Below, in pieces: positions 58,481-64,000 of a DNA stretch of 64,000 nucleotides; the stretch's first letter is position 1, and each line of letters opens with the position of its first letter. Source of the stretch: the human T2T-CHM13v2.0 reference genome, Homo sapiens; NCBI RefSeq assembly GCF_009914755.1, contig NC_060925.1; one strand, written 5' to 3'. The position numbers were made by a program, and so were the translations under genes. Below the pieces are notes generated by a model. The model saw nothing but the letters and a program-made list of their open reading frames with translations, had not been told where the DNA came from and ran no database searches.

Positions 58481-58740
58481 TCAGCCAAATTTACAGAATA
58501 CGTATTTTCATGAGTTAGTTAAATTGCTGCCTTTGGTTATGGAAAACATTGAAGATAGTACAAACCTAGCAAAAGACAGCCAAGAAAGAATTCCAGTGCA
58601 AGACTAAATGAGATATTATCATTGGAAAGGTAGAAAGAAAAATCGCAAAATGCTATTGTCTTCTCATTGAACTTAAGTACAGTAACCTATAATCTACTGC
58701 TTGTTCTAAAAATGCAGATTTGTTCCACCTGGATGACATA

Positions 58741-61647
<2,907 letters not shown>

Positions 61648-64000
61648 ATCAGGGAATAAATTGCATAATGTGAATGTCGCACTTTCTCATGTGAGATTTT
61701 GTCTTTGAAAAACACTGGATGAACAAACACAGAATACTGCACCCGGGTGAACTGAGCTGCATTGGGGTGCACAAAGCGACACATGGGCCACCCTGGCCAG
61801 GACAATGAGCCACCCCCACCCCCACCTGGGGTCCCAACTTTCCACACCGAATTTCAGGTTCTGCTCCTTCCACCCCTTCACAGTAACTCACAAGTAGCCA
61901 CCTTTCCAAAGGCCGCTGGGCTGTGTGGTCCTAAACTCGCCTTCTCTTTAATTTTCCCTTCTTCCTTCTCAGCCTACTTTACGTATTTCCTCTCTGTTCT
62001 CTTTCTTTTCCTCCCCTTTTTTCTCTCTATCTTTTGCTCTCTTCCTCTTTTACACAGGTGGTGGGCCTGGGAGCCAGCCGGTGAGTGGGCAAGAGTGTAG
62101 GTGAACACCCTGCATGGGAACTTCAGGTCTTTTGCGAGCTGATGTGCTGTCATTGTTGTATTTTATATGCATTTCTTAACCATGGAACATGTATGAAACT
62201 GTGCTGCCATTTTTATTAGGTTCCAAGGTTGTTAACGTCACTAATGAAGTTTTCGAGTATTCTACTCCTAACCTGGTTTTCCTGGTAAGCCCTGTGGTTT
62301 TATTGCTGCAGTGATTTTTAGGAACGCCTGTTGCAATCCCCAGAACCTATCACATTTCAGTAATAGATATCAGCACAGCCACAGTAATCATCAGTTTTCA
62401 TTAGGCCCACCTGTTTCTCCCTGGCATCATTTAAGTTAGGAAGAAAGTGATCTGCCAGTACTGGCCAGGTGTGGTTGCTCACGCCTGTAATCCCAGCACT
62501 TTGGTGAGGCTGAAGCAGGCAGATCGCTTGAGCTCAGGAGTTCAAGACCAGCCTGGGCAATATAGCGAAACCCCGTCTCTACCAAAAATACAAAAATTAG
62601 CTGGGCATGGTGGCGCACTCCTGTGGTCCCAGCTACTCAGGAGGCTGGAGTGAGAGGATCAATTGTGACCTGGAAGTTGAGGCTGCGAGCCGACATCATG
62701 CCACTGCACTCCAGCCTGGGTGACAGAGTGAGACCCTGTCTCAAAAATAAATAAATAAGAAGGAAAGAGGTCTTCCAGTGCCATCCTTGAGAAGACTGGC
62801 ATCTAGGCCACAGGGACTGAGGGCTGCTGGCCACTTCATGGTGGGACTAGCTTTGCCTCCCTGCAGAAAGCCAGGGATGCCCCCGCCAGGCCCTTCTCAA
62901 AGCATCACTTGCTGCACATCTCCTGAGCCGCCACTTGCTCTCAGGAGCCCTTGGCTTCTTGCACACTAAAAACCACACACCGTCATCCATTTAGGCGGCA
63001 AAAGTTACCTTCTGACAGCAAATGCTGAGCCAGGGGATGCCCTAGAAAGCAGGGTAACTGGAAGGCCACACGTGGAAACGAGGAAGTCAGGTTGTGCAGG
63101 TTCATTTGGGGCAGATTCAACAGAGCACTGAACATCCAGAGGAGTTTAAGGTGGGGATGGAGTCTTGCTACATTGCCCAGGCTGGTCTCAAACTCCTGGC
63201 CTCAAACCATCCCCCTGCCTCAGCCTCCCAAAGTGCTGGGATTACAGATGTGAGTCACTGCGCCCAGTGTGAGGGTTTTGACACAGAAATCATATGCAAG
63301 TTAGAGGTGACCAAAATAAGCACAAAAGAGACCTTTCTAGAAGCAGCTGGCTGAGGAATATTCTGTGGGCCTGACTTCCTAAATCTCCCACGTGCCTTGT
63401 GGGAAGACAGTTGGTGTTCTGCCTGTCCAGGGAAGTGTGTAGGTCTCAGAAAATCTGGAGTGGGGTCTTAGCAAGCTGCTTCTACCCTAATCTCATTTTC
63501 TGAAACTCCTATGGGTAGCAAAAGCCATCCATGTCCCCTGGACACAAAATTCAGGTCCTGAATGTAATTTCTCACCACACAACCAGAAGCAGCTTCCTGT
63601 GTTTTTCACGATTAAATAAATAATTACGTGAGCAGCCCCAATGTACGATGTAGGTCCGCAGACAGGGACAACTGGGCTAAGACATAGAGGAGGCTGGAAG
63701 AGCAGGCCTGGCTCCAGCCCGTCACACTAGCTTGGAGAGACAGGCTGGATTCTTAGGCAATGAGAAGCCAATGAGTGTTTGGTGGCATAAGGAGAGTTGT
63801 ACTCTGCGATGAATACTCTGTCAGCATGATTTGGGAGAAATTAGAGAAGAAATGACATGAAAAATGGAAGCATGCAGGAGAAAGTTGAAGACTCCAATAC
63901 ATGACAGGGACAGACTCAGAAAGGTTGGGGAACTGAGGAGGTGACGCGTAAGGAAGAGGAGAACATGGTGGCCCTAAGTGTACTCCATTCAGCTCTAAGG

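Overview
Human (primate) genomic DNA containing the 5' half of NID1 (nidogen-1/entactin) on the minus strand. It includes a CpG-island, TATA-less promoter around 46.4-47.8 kb and coding exons 1-9 (47392 down to 6379). I joined these exons by hand at GT-AG junctions into one 2128-nt open frame: signal peptide, NIDO/G1, acidic link, EGF1, G2F barrel and an RGD-bearing EGF repeat. The gene continues beyond position 1. About 16 kb of upstream sequence follows. The rest is mostly interspersed repeats: about 55 Alus, L1 fragments including a young L1PA2-type 3' end, solo LTRs (MST-type, MER21-like, MER41A), DNA transposons (MER58, MER63, MER6, Tigger1), MIR/L2 relics and a retroposed hY4 Y-RNA copy. 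Most ORFs in the supplied track are Alu, L1 or GC-rich artefacts, and the track misses exon 3 in its true frame. I see no convincing novel protein-coding system. The most intriguing unexplained signal is a 34-bp x7 minisatellite in intron 4 in which every unit carries a perfect ROR/REV-ERB element consensus. Other leads are a target site reused three times by retrotransposons, two closely spaced inverted AluYs, a sense-oriented L1PA2 poly(A) site, and a microexon-like signal upstream. Repeat family names come from recalled consensus sequences, and repeat boundaries are approximate.
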